The notes beneath the pieces were generated by a model that was not told the origin of the DNA, did not search any database, and saw only the letters and a list, made by a program, of their open reading frames with translations. From positions 1-60,794 of the forward strand of contig NIVC01004096.1 in assembly GCA_002269645.1 (NCBI GenBank): a stretch of 60,794 bases of DNA, written 5' to 3'. The first letter of the stretch is position 1; each line of letters begins with the position of its first letter. The stretch comes from Macrostomum lignano. Its lineage: Eukaryota. The position numbers and the translations under genes are program-made. Of this stretch, positions 17,762 to 29,799 are shown piece by piece.

Positions 17762-18823
17762 TCAGTGTTGCGGTTTCTCCTCACCGCTCGATTCGTCGCG
17801 GTGGAAGGCTGCCTCAGAGTGCGCCAGGCCGCATCTTCGGCAGCGATGCAGGAACCGACAGCTCTTGCGTTCGCACCCGCGTATCCTGTTGTAGTCGAAG
17901 CAAACCAGTTGATTGCGCTTCTGGGCACCACCCCCCGATTGCTGCTTCTGGGGAGCCATGAGGTACGCCGCAACCAGACTCAGGTCCGAGCTGTGCGACT
18001 CCCACTTGCCATCAGACGTTTGGCTGAGCCGGCACTCGTCATCAAATCTCATCACACGGCTCTTGTCGAAGCCCAGGTCCAACAACTCGCCAATGCGTGC
18101 GGTGTACCTGAGATAGTCTCTGAGCTCTGCCACATCCAATCGACCATGCTGATCCAGTCTGACTAGACGCCCGTCAGTCAGCATCTGAAGCATCGCCTGC
18201 GCATTGCCCGTCACCCAATCGCCTAACGACAGCGCCTCGACCGCCACTTCTTTAGACTTACTCTGGCCTAGAAGACACTGCTTGCGCTTGCTGACGAAGT
18301 CAACGATTCGGTAGACGCTACTGGTACTTCTCCCTGAGGCTCCCATGTTCTCATGCTGCTGCCCAACTTCATGCTGCACACATCCAGTTAGGCAATTTAG
18401 CAACTCACCCGGTACATCACGTGCCTCAGAACGGCCGACCCGTAGCTGCGCGAACTCGGATTCCAGCTGCGCTTCTTCTTTGCGCAGCTTCAGCAGACGG
18501 ATTCGCTTCTCCGCCTCCAGCAGCTGTTCGTCCAGGCCGCCAGCCGCGCCAGACCCACCGTTCTCGACCTGTCGCCGATTTGGGGGGCTGCCCCCGCTGC
18601 TCGCTACCGCCGAGTTCTGCCCTGTAGCTCGCAGAATGGCCTGAACGTTCGTCAGCTCGTCACTCTCGACAGAGGTCTCCACGTCTTGAATATGGGCGCG
18701 AAGCCTTTGGACTAGTTTTGCTTTGTTGCCAGAGGTTGGCAAACCAAGCTCCTTTAGTTTCCCTCGCAGTGCTGGCACAGTTGTGGGGACGGAATCGGCT
18801 GACTGGCTACGGGTGCGGTTCAT
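17762..18823 (-). CDS. Gag-like ORF1 (353 aa): N-terminal SAP domain, coiled coil, C-terminal CCCH/CxxC zinc finger
   Basis: TVPALRGKLKELGLPTSGNKAKLVQRL fits the SAP consensus; CFDYNRIRGCERKSCRFLHRCRRCGLAH resembles Ngaro-type Gag fingers. Confidence 0.85.
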   Translation of the reverse strand: MNRTRSQSADSVPTTVPALRGKLKELGLPTSGNKAKLVQRLRAHIQDVETSVESDELTNVQAILRATGQNSAVASSGGSPPNRRQVENGGSGAAGGLDEQLLEAEKRIRLLKLRKEEAQLESEFAQLRVGRSEARDVPGELLNCLTGCVQHEVGQQHENMGASGRSTSSVYRIVDFVSKRKQCLLGQSKSKEVAVEALSLGDWVTGNAQAMLQMLTDGRLVRLDQHGRLDVAELRDYLRYTARIGELLDLGFDKSRVMRFDDECRLSQTSDGKWESHSSDLSLVAAYLMAPQKQQSGGGAQKRNQLVCFDYNRIRGCERKSCRFLHRCRRCGLAHSEAAFHRDESSGEEKPQH

Positions 18824-18852
18824 GACTCAGCAAAAGTTTCTATTTCTAAGTC

Positions 18853-19014
18853 AAAAAAATTCACTGCGAGAAGGCAAAGTGAGCCGCCAGTAGAGCGCGA
18901 CGGGGGTTTAAAAACACCCCTGCCACCCAAGGGGGGGGGCAGGCGGCGATGTACAATCAACGCGCTGGGCACTAAAGCCGGTTTGTGCACTTTCGCCGCA
19001 CAAACCAGTCCATT
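18853..19014 (-). repeat. Terminal repeat A1 (about 160 bp)
   Basis: Direct copy of 14826-14985. Confidence 0.95.
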
Positions 19015-19479
19015 TGAATCAATTCAATAGTGGATGTATTGAATAATATCAGTGAGCAACGAACCAAGGACCACTGTAGTATAAGTGGGCATAAAACTTA
19101 ACATGTAACTTTTGGAGGTCAATTTCTTAGAAAAAACACACTTTGGAGATAGCAAAACATCATTTTTAAGCATATAATCAGTGATTGCATTTAATTTGAG
19201 GCAGTTAAAGATTGCGATTCAGATAATCTAGCGAGCACAACATGTTACTCTGTTGTAATTTACATATAGATAGCCGTGTAGTGAAAGTTTCATTTTCATA
19301 TTGTTTTCTTTTTATTTTATAAACCCAAAGTTGTAAATAATCACAACTGGCGTTAGCTGAACTTTTTGTTGTGTTACTTTTTTTAATCAAGTGTATTTAT
19401 TGTTAAAATCGTTGCATGCAGGTACTCAAAAGCCATAATTGTAGGCATAATTCTATTTCAACACTTATTAGTTCCTACA

Positions 19480-20700
19480 TACATTACACATTTCCATTTT
19501 TCATTTCCTCTAGCAAGGACTTCCCCTGGGGTTGAGCAAGACGGGGCTCTTTGCAACACCTGTCGCATGCTTTGACATGATGCTGGTCCTCGCCTCTTAT
19601 CGTCATCTTGGAAACAGGTGGGTCCATGATGTAATCCTGTACAGAGTTGATTTCAAAAGCCACTGTCTCAGATCTCCTTGATGCGCATCGTGACAGTGCA
19701 TCTGGTATTGGGATTTCGTGTGACAGCTTATGAACATGGCTTATCTTTGCAGTCGTGCAGCTGTGATGGTACATGTATAAGATGATTTTTAGATGGATGG
19801 AAAATGTGCATTAGAGGTTTGTTGTCAGTCACCAGCTGAAAATTTCTTCCTCAAATAAATTTATGCAGCTGACATCATCTTGGTAGCTGAGAAAATTGGG
19901 GTAGTCCGATTTAACCATTGGTTGGAAGTTCGCCAACTGTTTTGCTTCGAATGGCAAGCTGTTGTAACGAAAAGTCCAAACAATTGTCGAGAGTGTGTTC
20001 ATTTCAACCCTGAGCCATGCAATTCTTTTACAATATGTGTCTTCAATAAATGGAGTTGTCGACACCATGCTTTGAAATTTAGGGTTAAACTGATATTTAA
20101 TCTTTCATTTTCCTTGCGGATTACCGCTATTAGTGTCGTATAAAACACTTACAATCCACTGAATTCCTTCTTTTACCAAACGATGTATCCCGTCCGTATG
20201 AAATCGTTCGGGGCCTCAGGAAAACTACAAACTTCTGGTATCTTCAGATCCAATTAAGGAGAAAATGGCATTCATCCAGATGCGGCCCATGATCTGTGAC
20301 CCTGCTTCTGCACTGCAGGAGTTGAACTTTAAAGTCTTCTTTGCACACTAGGAACATCCGCCCCAGTATCGAAGGTCATTAAAATCTGGTTTCCCACAAC
20401 AGTAGAGTATCTAGAACAGGACGGCTTGCTTGCAGTAAAAATGTAATGCTCAGAGACTTTTCCTGGGTCTGTGACACCTCCTATAAGAAGATGAACTTTC
20501 AGCTCTGGCCTCTTTTGCCAGGGCATTGCTCAAAATGCTGTTGTGCTTTCTAAACGACTTTTTGCAAAAAATGCTATTTTGCACAATGCTGAATCGCGTT
20601 TGGCCATAGAAAAATTACATCGGGAAATTCGAGCTAGAAATAAAGTTTCCATTGGAGAACAGAATTCAACCGGTACGACGACTCTACAAGAGAAATTATT
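19480..20700 (-). pseudogene. Decayed Ty3/Gypsy pol remnant (protease-RT-RNase H), fragmented by stops, frameshifts and deletions
   Basis: FDTGAD (aspartic protease), IMGRIWM (LLGRDWL-like), FRYNSLPF...FQ and SYQDD (RT), IPDALSR (RNase H end), in PR-RT-RH order. Confidence 0.75.
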
Positions 20701-21972
20701 TGAAGAATATTCAATTGACGCTACTAAGTAAAACCAGTAGAAGATAGTGAACATGACAATATTCATCGAATTAATAACAAGGGAGGGGCTGGCCAGCTTG
20801 CCACGAGGGAGAAAACTGAAACCGGAACGTTCGGACTCGGCTGAGGCTTGACAGAGAGGTGAGGATGAAGGAGCGGAGGCTGGAGGAGGGGGGAGGGCAT
20901 CGCCTCTGAGGCGATCTAGTTCTAACTTGATCTTCTCTCTCCTTCTCTCTCTTCCGTCATCCTCATCACGGCGCCTCCTCTCCGCGGTGCTCAGCAGCCT
21001 CTCTCTCGCAGGTCTTCCCTTCATCCCCGCAGTTCCCCTGCCCACGCAGGTTGCTCTCCTTCCGTCTGGGAAAGCTCCCGTGTGGCATGGCCGGGGCTAC
21101 TCAAAAGTCCGCAGCCCCTGGGGAGCAGTGCTCATTGAATGCGAGGGAGAGATTTCAGATGAGGCGGCGGGGGAAGTCGGACGGCCATCGATCGATCTGC
21201 GCAAGCAGGGAAGAGAGTAGAGGAAGAACGGAGGCAGGAGTACAAACTGTTTCTGTTGCCCTCCCCTCGGGCGCGCTCGCTCCTCTTGCATCTATCTATC
21301 CGTATCTCTCGCTCCCTCGCCTCCCTAATCCAAATATCCCAGTCCCAGCTCCCAATGGGAGAAGGAATAGTAAGGAGGGAGAGAAAACGGGCAAGCGAGC
21401 GGCAAACGTTTGTACCACCTCGAGGCGTTTGCGGCGAGTGAGTGCGAGAGAAAGGCATCGAGACGGAATCCCGTCTACCTCCTGCTGTGGTAGCCCCAGC
21501 TCCAGCCCCCCCCCCACCCAAATAGGAGGCAACGAAGACTCTTTTTGGTAAAGGGTAAGAAACATGAAGGATGCTGAACGGAGAGGAAGAAATGAGGCTT
21601 AGAGCGAGAAAGAGAGGGATGCGGTACGGATTGAGGTCGGGCGAAGTTGCGTGCGCAGGTCGCGGGGGGAAACTATTTCGCGTCCGGCCCCGGTTCTCAT
21701 CGGATCGCATCTCTGCGGCTGGCCCAGCCCTGTTCTCCGCCACTGCACTCCTCGCCCATTCCCCCCTCCCTCGGAGGCTGACCCCTCCTCTTCCTCCGCT
21801 GCCGCCGCCTAGCCTCAAAGCACTGACGCCGCACAGGCCCTCTATAAAGAGTTCAGAAAACAGCACACTTAGACGCTGATAGAGGTGAAAAGTGTCTTTC
21901 AAAGGACGCAAATAATACGCCAAAGAAACATTTTGAGCAGGTAATTTCAGGTGCCTACAAAGCAGCAAAACA

Positions 21973-22645
21973 ATGGCCGGTTTCATCGCCAAACAGCTTG
22001 TTGGCAAGCAGATGGATAGCGTCAAAAAGATGGGCGGCGAGGAAGCCAATCCGGAGGACACCGAGAAGCAGGCCGAGGAGGCGGCCGCCATCGCCGAGGC
22101 TCTGGCTGAAGAGAAACGAAAACGCGACGAGAAGCATCAGAAAATGGAGGCGGAGCGCGAGGAACTGCGGCAGGGAATTCGCGACAAGGTGAGCGGAACA
22201 TCGCGTACCTGTTCAGGTTAATGAGAAATCGGTTAAGGAGTCTGAATCGAAGTACCGGGGTCATATTAGACTGGGAATCTTCATTACGAGCGTAACGCCA
22301 TCACCCCACTGAAGTTTCTGGAGGCTCTGGTAGTAATTAAGCGTGGTAACCCCTTAACCTAGCAAAGTTCGAGCTATTGCGAATAAACGAACGAATGCCT
22401 CATCGTGACTTCAGTACAACATCCAGAAGAAGGAGGAGGAGTTCAACTTCGGCGAAATGGACGACGGCAAAGGGGTCGGCAGGAAACGCAAAACCCCGGA
22501 AGAGCTCGCCGCCGAGCGCGACCTCGAAGAGAAGGAGGATTTTGCCTCCTTCCTGCCCGAGGGCGTCCGGGACACTGTGCGCAACGTCACCGCCGTGCCC
22601 CAGAAGATGATCTCCGACGCGCAGGAGAAGTGCGTCATTCAGTAG
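21973..22645 (+). CDS. cpx: Complexin (synaphin), 148 aa; exons 21973-22188, 22415-22645; C-terminal CAAX (CVIQ)
   Basis: MAGFIAKQLVGKQM N-terminus, EAEREELRQGIRDK|YNIQKK SNARE-binding helix, phase-0 GT-AG intron. Confidence 0.96.
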
Positions 22646-24707
22646 GGAGATACTCTCTGGCTCTCTACTAATTTCTTTTGATAAACTGACGCATTCTGTT
22701 TGCTATTTTTTGACAAGTTTTCCCACCGGGTGAAATAGGGCCAGTGAGGGAATCATTGTTTTGTTCGTTGATAGATTGCACGATCGATATAGTAAAGTAC
22801 ACGGACTTGCACATTGGGGTATGGAATCTATTTTTAGACGAGAACGTTTGGATCGATAAGAATAATATGGGGTGGCGGTTCAGCCGGGGTTAAGAAGAGC
22901 TAACAGTGTACAGGCTCTCTAAACGATGTACAGCTAAGTACATGAGAACGCGAGACCACCGATCGATAAACGCGAGACCACCGGCTTATTCTCACTCTGG
23001 TCCCGCGTCTAGCAGCTAGCTAATTAGATCAGTTTGCCTTGCCCCCGTCAATGCACTACGATGTTTTTCATTTAGTTTAGTAGTTGTTCTATAATTGCAA
23101 TAGCTGCTGTTTGTTGCTTAATGGACACGTTGGTGGCCCCATCTCTGCAGTGGCTTTGCAGCACTCAAGCACTAGCATCAGAACTCCCCAGCTCCCAATA
23201 TTCGGCAAGGATTAATAAATTAGGCACAAATCCATGTGGCAGTATATGCAATAAAACTATTCATATATTTATATACAATGAACTTCTTGTTTTCACTACC
23301 TTAGCTTAGGTAAAAATGAAAGCGAATATTGTATATTTTAATTATGTTTCACTGTTGCATAGTGGATATCAATCATCGTTGCATAATACTAGACTTTTAT
23401 TTCTACATTTTTATTAACCGTTTTTATTCAACTTTGCCCAGTCTATGTAGAATATGGTCAGTACGTGAATATCGCAGTAATTATTTATATTATTAGATGT
23501 TCCTTTTTTACTAGTGTACCTCGTAGTCATTCAAACAAATTGTTTTGATATTTTTTTCTGTACGGTTTTTTTTGCTGGCTAATAGCAGCGGGGCATCCAG
23601 CACTGTCACTCTGCTTACGTCTAACAAAGAATTTATAAGTGAATCCTCATCCGCTTCTTCACAGCGCAGAGCTAGATAGATCCCTTGATCTGTCATTTTA
23701 TGTCGCAGCAATTGTCAGTTTAAGACAGTTTGCAAAGGTGCAATTTGACGTTTTGCCTAATATATATTCCATTCCGTTGTATAAGTCGATGCACTGGCAC
23801 TAATTATGACTTAGAACCTTTAACTCATCTCTGCGCGAGTATCGTTTCGCTTGTTAATTTGAATTGGCGCCAAAATACGCCTTGTCGTTCCTTTTGGCGC
23901 GAATTCAAATTGAAAACAATTGATTGTCGAGCTAAGAAATTAAAAAACATACCGATTTTAGATATATAAGTAACTTTTCCAATTCCGGGTCTTGTTATTT
24001 CTGCTTACATTTTTATCTTCTCTGCAAAATGTTGACTCAGAGCAAGCAATTGCTTCGATATTTTCAACATGACGCTGATTTCTTACAACGAATTTGTTAA
24101 TAACCATATCGGTCTATACACGTAGTTCATTAGTTTCAAGGTAATTTATGCTTGTATTTTTGTTAATTTGTTTACTTAATACTGAACAATATTCCGATTT
24201 CGTTATCGCTATAGTTCGACCACTACTACCCCGTACCAGCCACTCGATGAAGGTGAGGACCGGTTGGGCTCATTATCCAAGCACCATTTATTAGATTAAC
24301 CGAGCACCATAAATTACATAATTAAAAAAGCATATTATATAAATACTTATAAGTAAATAAAACATTAAAATTGCTTTAGCTAGTGATGATGCTTTGCTGT
24401 CATATTCAATGCATTACTATTTTACATTATATCTGTGCACTTATTTATGCTCGTAGTTGTATTATTTAACGAGTGAAGATATAAATTTGTGCAGATGAAG
24501 ACTTAGGAAGCGTTGGAGAGACGAAATGTTATCTCGTTTGTCACAAAAGCATAATAAATAAAATATATGCTATCCACACGAGTACTCAATTCCGACATTT
24601 CGGAATTAAAAGCAAAACTTACGTTTGCTTTTCTTTAATCACCTTCATCTGCTCATTGGCGCTAAAATGCATTGATGACTCCCTTACTTCGCTTGAAGAC
24701 ACCCTGC

Positions 24708-25803
24708 TACCCCGATGACACCCTGCTGCCCCCGATGGTACCCTGCTGCCCCCTGCCCCCGATGGCACCCTGCTGCCCCCGATGGCACCCTGCTGCCCCC
24801 GATGGCACCCTGCTGCCCCCGATGGCACCCTGCTGCCCCGATGACACCCTGCTACCCCGATGACACCCTGCTACCCGATGACACCCTGCTGCCCCCGATG
24901 GCACCCTGCTGCTGCCCCCGATGGCACCCTGCTGCCCCCGATGGCACCCTGCTGCCCCCGATGGCACCCTGCTGCCCCCGATGGCACCCTGCTGCCCCCG
25001 ATGGCACCCTGCTGCCCCCAATGACACCCTGTTACCCCCGATAACACCCTGCTACCCTTGATGACACCCTGCTACCCCCTGATGACACCTTGCTATCCCC
25101 GATGAGACCCTGCTGCCCCCTGCCCCCGATGGCACCCTGCTGCCCCCGATGGCACCCTGCTGCCCCCGATGGCACCCTGCTGCCCCGATGACACCCTGCT
25201 ACTTCCGATGACCCCCTGCTGCCCCCGATGGCACCCTGCTGCCCCCGGTGGCACCCTGCTGCCCCCTGCCACCGATGACACCCTGCTGCCCCCGATGGTA
25301 CCCTGCTGCCCCCTGCCCCCGATGGCACCCTGCTGCCCCCGATGGCACCTTGCTGCCCCCGATGGCACCCTGCTGCCCCCGATGGCACCCTGCTGCCCCC
25401 GATGGCACCCTGCTGCCCCCGATGGCACCCTGCTGCCCCCGATGGCACCCTGCTGCCCCCCCCGATGGCACCCTGCTGCCCCCGATGGCACCCTGCTGCC
25501 CCCGATGGCACCCTGCTGCCCCCAATGACACCCTGTTACCCCCGATAACACCCTGCTACCCTTGATGACACCCTGCTACCCCCTGATGACACCTTGCTAT
25601 CCCCGATGAGACCCTGTTACCCCCGATGACACCCTGCTACCCCGATGACACCCTGCTACCCCTGATGACACCCTGCTACCCCCGATGACACCCTGCTACC
25701 CCCGATGGCACCCTGCTACCCCTAAGACATCCTGCTACCCCTGATGACACCCTGCTACCCCCGATGACACCCTGCTACCTCCGATGACACCCTACTACCC
25801 CTG
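24708..25803. repeat. 20-bp minisatellite (GATGGCACCCTGCTGCCCCC)
   Basis: Direct tandem periodicity. Confidence 0.95.
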
Positions 25804-26469
25804 AAGAAACCCTTCTATTCAGGGAGAAACCTATGTTAAAAATATTACACTTTAGTAGAAGGCATGAGGGGGCTTTTGGGACAAAATTGAAGCTTTAAAA
25901 TCTGATTAATACGAGTACCTTATATTAATTCTTAATCCATCATATATGGCTGCCTATAACGAAACTGCAGTTGAGAAAGCTTTTAAGAAAAACCATTTCC
26001 AACAACATTCTCATTAGACTGTCCACATTTCATCGAATCCTCATTCTTGTACAGAAATTCGGTATTCAATCTCTTCTTGCTCACATTTGTTCACCATGTC
26101 AGCCAAGAGTCTGCAGCCGCCCACGCATCGAACCGGCTTTCTTTAATGTGTCGTTCGAGATTAGCTCACGAGTTTGTTTAGACCCAGAATTACAAGAAAG
26201 AAGTGCAGAGGCCCGCATCTGCTATCTAATAGAAATGAAATTGATCAATTTTTGCCGGAACTGCAACTCGAATTGCACACTGATCTGCTGGCAACGGCTC
26301 ATGATGGCCAGGCTGCACTTTAGTGCCTTTGACCCTCAGTTCATCGCGTCACTTTGACAGAGGAAAGTTTCGATCCTCTAGATTCATCACAGATCTATTA
26401 TTTATGCCTATGGCCCACACATTATTCTCTTAAGGCGTCCTCCGCCTCCCGCTTCGGCACTTTTCACTT

Positions 26470-27150
26470 CGGCACCACATGGACACTACAGACCCACATA
26501 GACACTACTGACGCACTTCAACACTACTGGCCCACATAGACACTACTGACCCACATATACACTACTGACCCATATAGACACTACTGACGCACTTCAACAC
26601 TACTGACCCACATTGACACTACTGACCCACATAGACACTACTGACCCACATAGAAACTACTGACCCACATAGACACTACTGAACCACATAGACACTACTG
26701 ACCCACTTCAACACTACTGACCCACTTCAACCCACTGACCCACATAGACACTACTGACCCACATAGACACTACTGACCCATATAGACACTACTGACACAC
26801 TTCAACACTACTGACCCACATAGACACTACTGACCCACATAGACACTACTGACCCACTTCAACCCTACTGTACCCACATAGACACTACTGACCCACCTCA
26901 ACCCTACTGTACCCACATAGACACTACTGACCCACATAGACACTACTGACCCACCTCAACCCTACTGACCCACATAGACACTACTGACCCACCTCAACCC
27001 TACTGTACCCACATAGACACTACTGACCCACATAGACACTACTGACCCACCTCAACCCTACTGACCCACATAGACACTACTGACCCACATAGACACTACT
27101 GACCCACATAGACACTACTGACCCACTTCAACCCTACTGACCCACTTACT
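26470..27150. repeat. 19-bp minisatellite (CACTACTGACCCACATAGA)
   Basis: Direct tandem periodicity. Confidence 0.95.
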
Positions 27151-27717
27151 GGACTTGCCCTCTGATTCTGCACACAGACATCGGTATTCTCTAGAGCTTA
27201 ATTCTTTATTGTAACGAAAAAAGATGGAAAAATCTTTTAAAACGATTTCAGAAGTTGCTGTGTTGTTGAGGAAGGACAAAATGAAATGAAAAGCCAGTTT
27301 GACTGTACGGCCCCTCCCCTCAAAAGCCGCCCTAAACCCCCTTCGAGCTAAGGGCGAGACAGTCTCTCAATCCCGTTTCTCTCCACTGCTCTCCCTTGCA
27401 CAAATAAGAAAGCAAGGAACTGAAGAGCGATGTGCAGAGCTCTCTCCCTCCCTTTCGCTTCACAAGCCTCTCTTCACAGCATCACGTTCAAGTCTTAACA
27501 AACTGGGATAAAGTTCTAGGTTAATTAGACAGGTTATTAAGGCGGTTAACAACTGCTTGTAAAGCGAATTGTTGGACTGCACAGTACCGGTGGAAGAATG
27601 ATTTATGAATTAGTGATAAAGTCAAAGTCTCTTAAAACATAATGTTATAGAGATAAACCACTATCTTGAATATCATAGAATTGTAGATTCACAGCCTACA
27701 ACAGAATGGTAGAGTTA

Positions 27718-29290
27718 TAGTCACAAGCTCTCACAATAGTTAGTCAGTCAGTCACAAGCTCTCACAATAGTCAGTCAGTCAGTCACAAGCTCTCACAATA
27801 GTCAGTCAGTCACAAGCTCTCACAATAGTCAGTCAGTCAGTCACAAGCTCTCACAATAGTCAGTCAGTCAGTCACAAGCTCTCACAATAGTCAGTCAGTC
27901 ACAAGCTCTCACAATAGTCAGTCAGTCAGTCACAAGCTCTCACAATAGTCAGTCAGTCAGTCACAAGCTCTCACAATAGTCAGTCAGTCAGTCACAAGCT
28001 CTCACAATAGTTAGTCAGTCAGTCACAAGCTCTCACAATAGTCAGTCAGTCAGTCACAAGCTCTCACAATAGTCAGTCAGTCAGTCACAAGCTCTCACAA
28101 TAGTTAGTCAGTCAGTCACAAGCTCTCACAATAGTCAGTCAGTCACAAGCTCTCACAACAGTCAGTCAGTCAGTCACAAGCTCTCACAATAGTCAGTCAG
28201 TCAGTCACAAGCTTTCACAATAGTCAGTCAGTCAGTCACAAGCTCTCACAATAGTCAGTCAGTCAGTCACAAGCTCTCACAATAGTCAGTCAGTCAGTCA
28301 CAAGCTTTCACAATAGTCAGTCAGTCAGTCAGTCACAAGCCTTCACAATAGTCAGTCAGTCAGTCAGTCACAAGCTTTCACAATAGTCAGTCAGTCAGTC
28401 AGTCACAAGCCTTCACAATAGTCAGTCAGTCAGTCAGTCACAAGCCTTCACAATAGTCAGTCAGTCAGTCAGTCACAAGCTTTCATAATAGTCAGTCAGT
28501 CAGTCAGTCACAAGCTTTCACAATAGTCAGTCAGTCAGTCAGTCAGTCACAAGCCTTCACAACAGTCAGTCAGTCAGTCACAAGCTTTCACAATTGTTAG
28601 TCAGTCAGTCACAAGCTTTCACAATAGTTGTGAAGGCTTGTGACTGACTATTGTGAAAGTCAGTCACAAGCCTTCACAACAGCCAGTCAGTCAGTCACAA
28701 GCCTTCACAACAGTCAGTCAGTCAGTCACAAGCCTTCACAACAGTCAGTCAGTCAGTCACAAGCTTTCACAATAGTCAGTCAGTCAGTCACAAGCCTTCA
28801 CAACAGTCAGTCAGTCAGTCAGTCACAAGCCTTCACAACAGTCAGTCAGTCAGTCACAAGCTTTCACAATAGTTGGTCAGTCAGTCACAAGCCTTCACAA
28901 CAGTCAGTCAGTCACAAGCCTTCACAACAGTCAGTCAGTCAGTCACAAGCTTTCACAATAGTTGGTCAGTCAGTCACAAGCCTTCACAACAGTCAGTCAG
29001 TCACAAGCTTTCACAATAGTTAATCAGTCAGTCACAAGCCTTCACAACAGTCAGTCAGTCAGTCACAAGCCTTCACAACAGTCAGTCAGTCAGTCACAAG
29101 CCTTCACAACAGTCAGTCAGTCAGTCACAAGTCTTCACAATAGTCAGGCAGTCAGTCAGTCACATGCCTTCATAATGCAATTAGACTTAGACTCAGTCAC
29201 AAGCCTTCATAATGCAATTAGACTTAGACTCAGTCACAAGCCTTCATAATGCAATTAGACTAAGACTCAGTCACAAGCCTTCACAACAGT
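27718..29290. repeat. Compound satellite CACAAGCTCTCACAATAGT + variable (CAGT)n
   Basis: Direct periodicity; unit length varies in 4-nt steps. Confidence 0.95.
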
Positions 29291-29799
29291 CACAAGACTC
29301 ATGGCTCCCCAGAATTCTGAGTAAATATTCCGTTAAGCAATAAATGTACAGGCCGCGGGTAAGCAAAGCACACCGGCTGAACGCGCAGCACTCGGTGCCC
29401 AGCATGCAATTAGACTTTTATTCAAATTTCGCTAACCCATGGACGACCGGCCCAAAGTCCGCGACCCTGTCCACTCAAAGCCGATCCTATTTTGCATAAT
29501 AATAATTCGAGCTCGCCTCGGCCCAGAGTCAAGGACTCCGATATACGAGAGTCCTGTGTCCCATATCGTGCGAACAACTTCTGGTCGCTGCGAAATAATT
29601 TGCATTGGCTATAATCCACAGAGGACAAAAAAGGTTGCTAATGGGATTGAGTCTAAGTAGAATTTTTAGCAAGATTAAGGGCGTGATATGTGAATTCATT
29701 GCCTGAACAATTGTTCACAATGAACAATACACTTCTCTGAGACATGACAAAACGCGTCGTCTGGATCATTTTAGGAACTTTTATTTATAGGTGATGAAC

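Larger units (their letters stand above)
14688..19014 (-). mobile_element. Tyrosine-recombinase (DIRS-order) retrotransposon with split direct repeats, Ngaro/PAT architecture A1-gag-RT/RH-YR-B1-A2-B2
   Basis: A repeats at 18853-19014 and 14826-14985; B repeats at 14986-15047 and 14692-14753; gag with CCCH finger, RT YLDD, DIRS-type RNase H, YR R-K-HxxR-W-Y; no conventional TSD beyond the short CATT core. Confidence 0.95.

Noticed and set aside
20760-21800. Possible gag fragment or 5' LTR of the decayed Gypsy
   Set aside because: No termini, PBS or partner LTR could be identified
23511-23711. Short ORF with a CEEAD motif as a transposon remnant
   Set aside because: Too short and no supporting context
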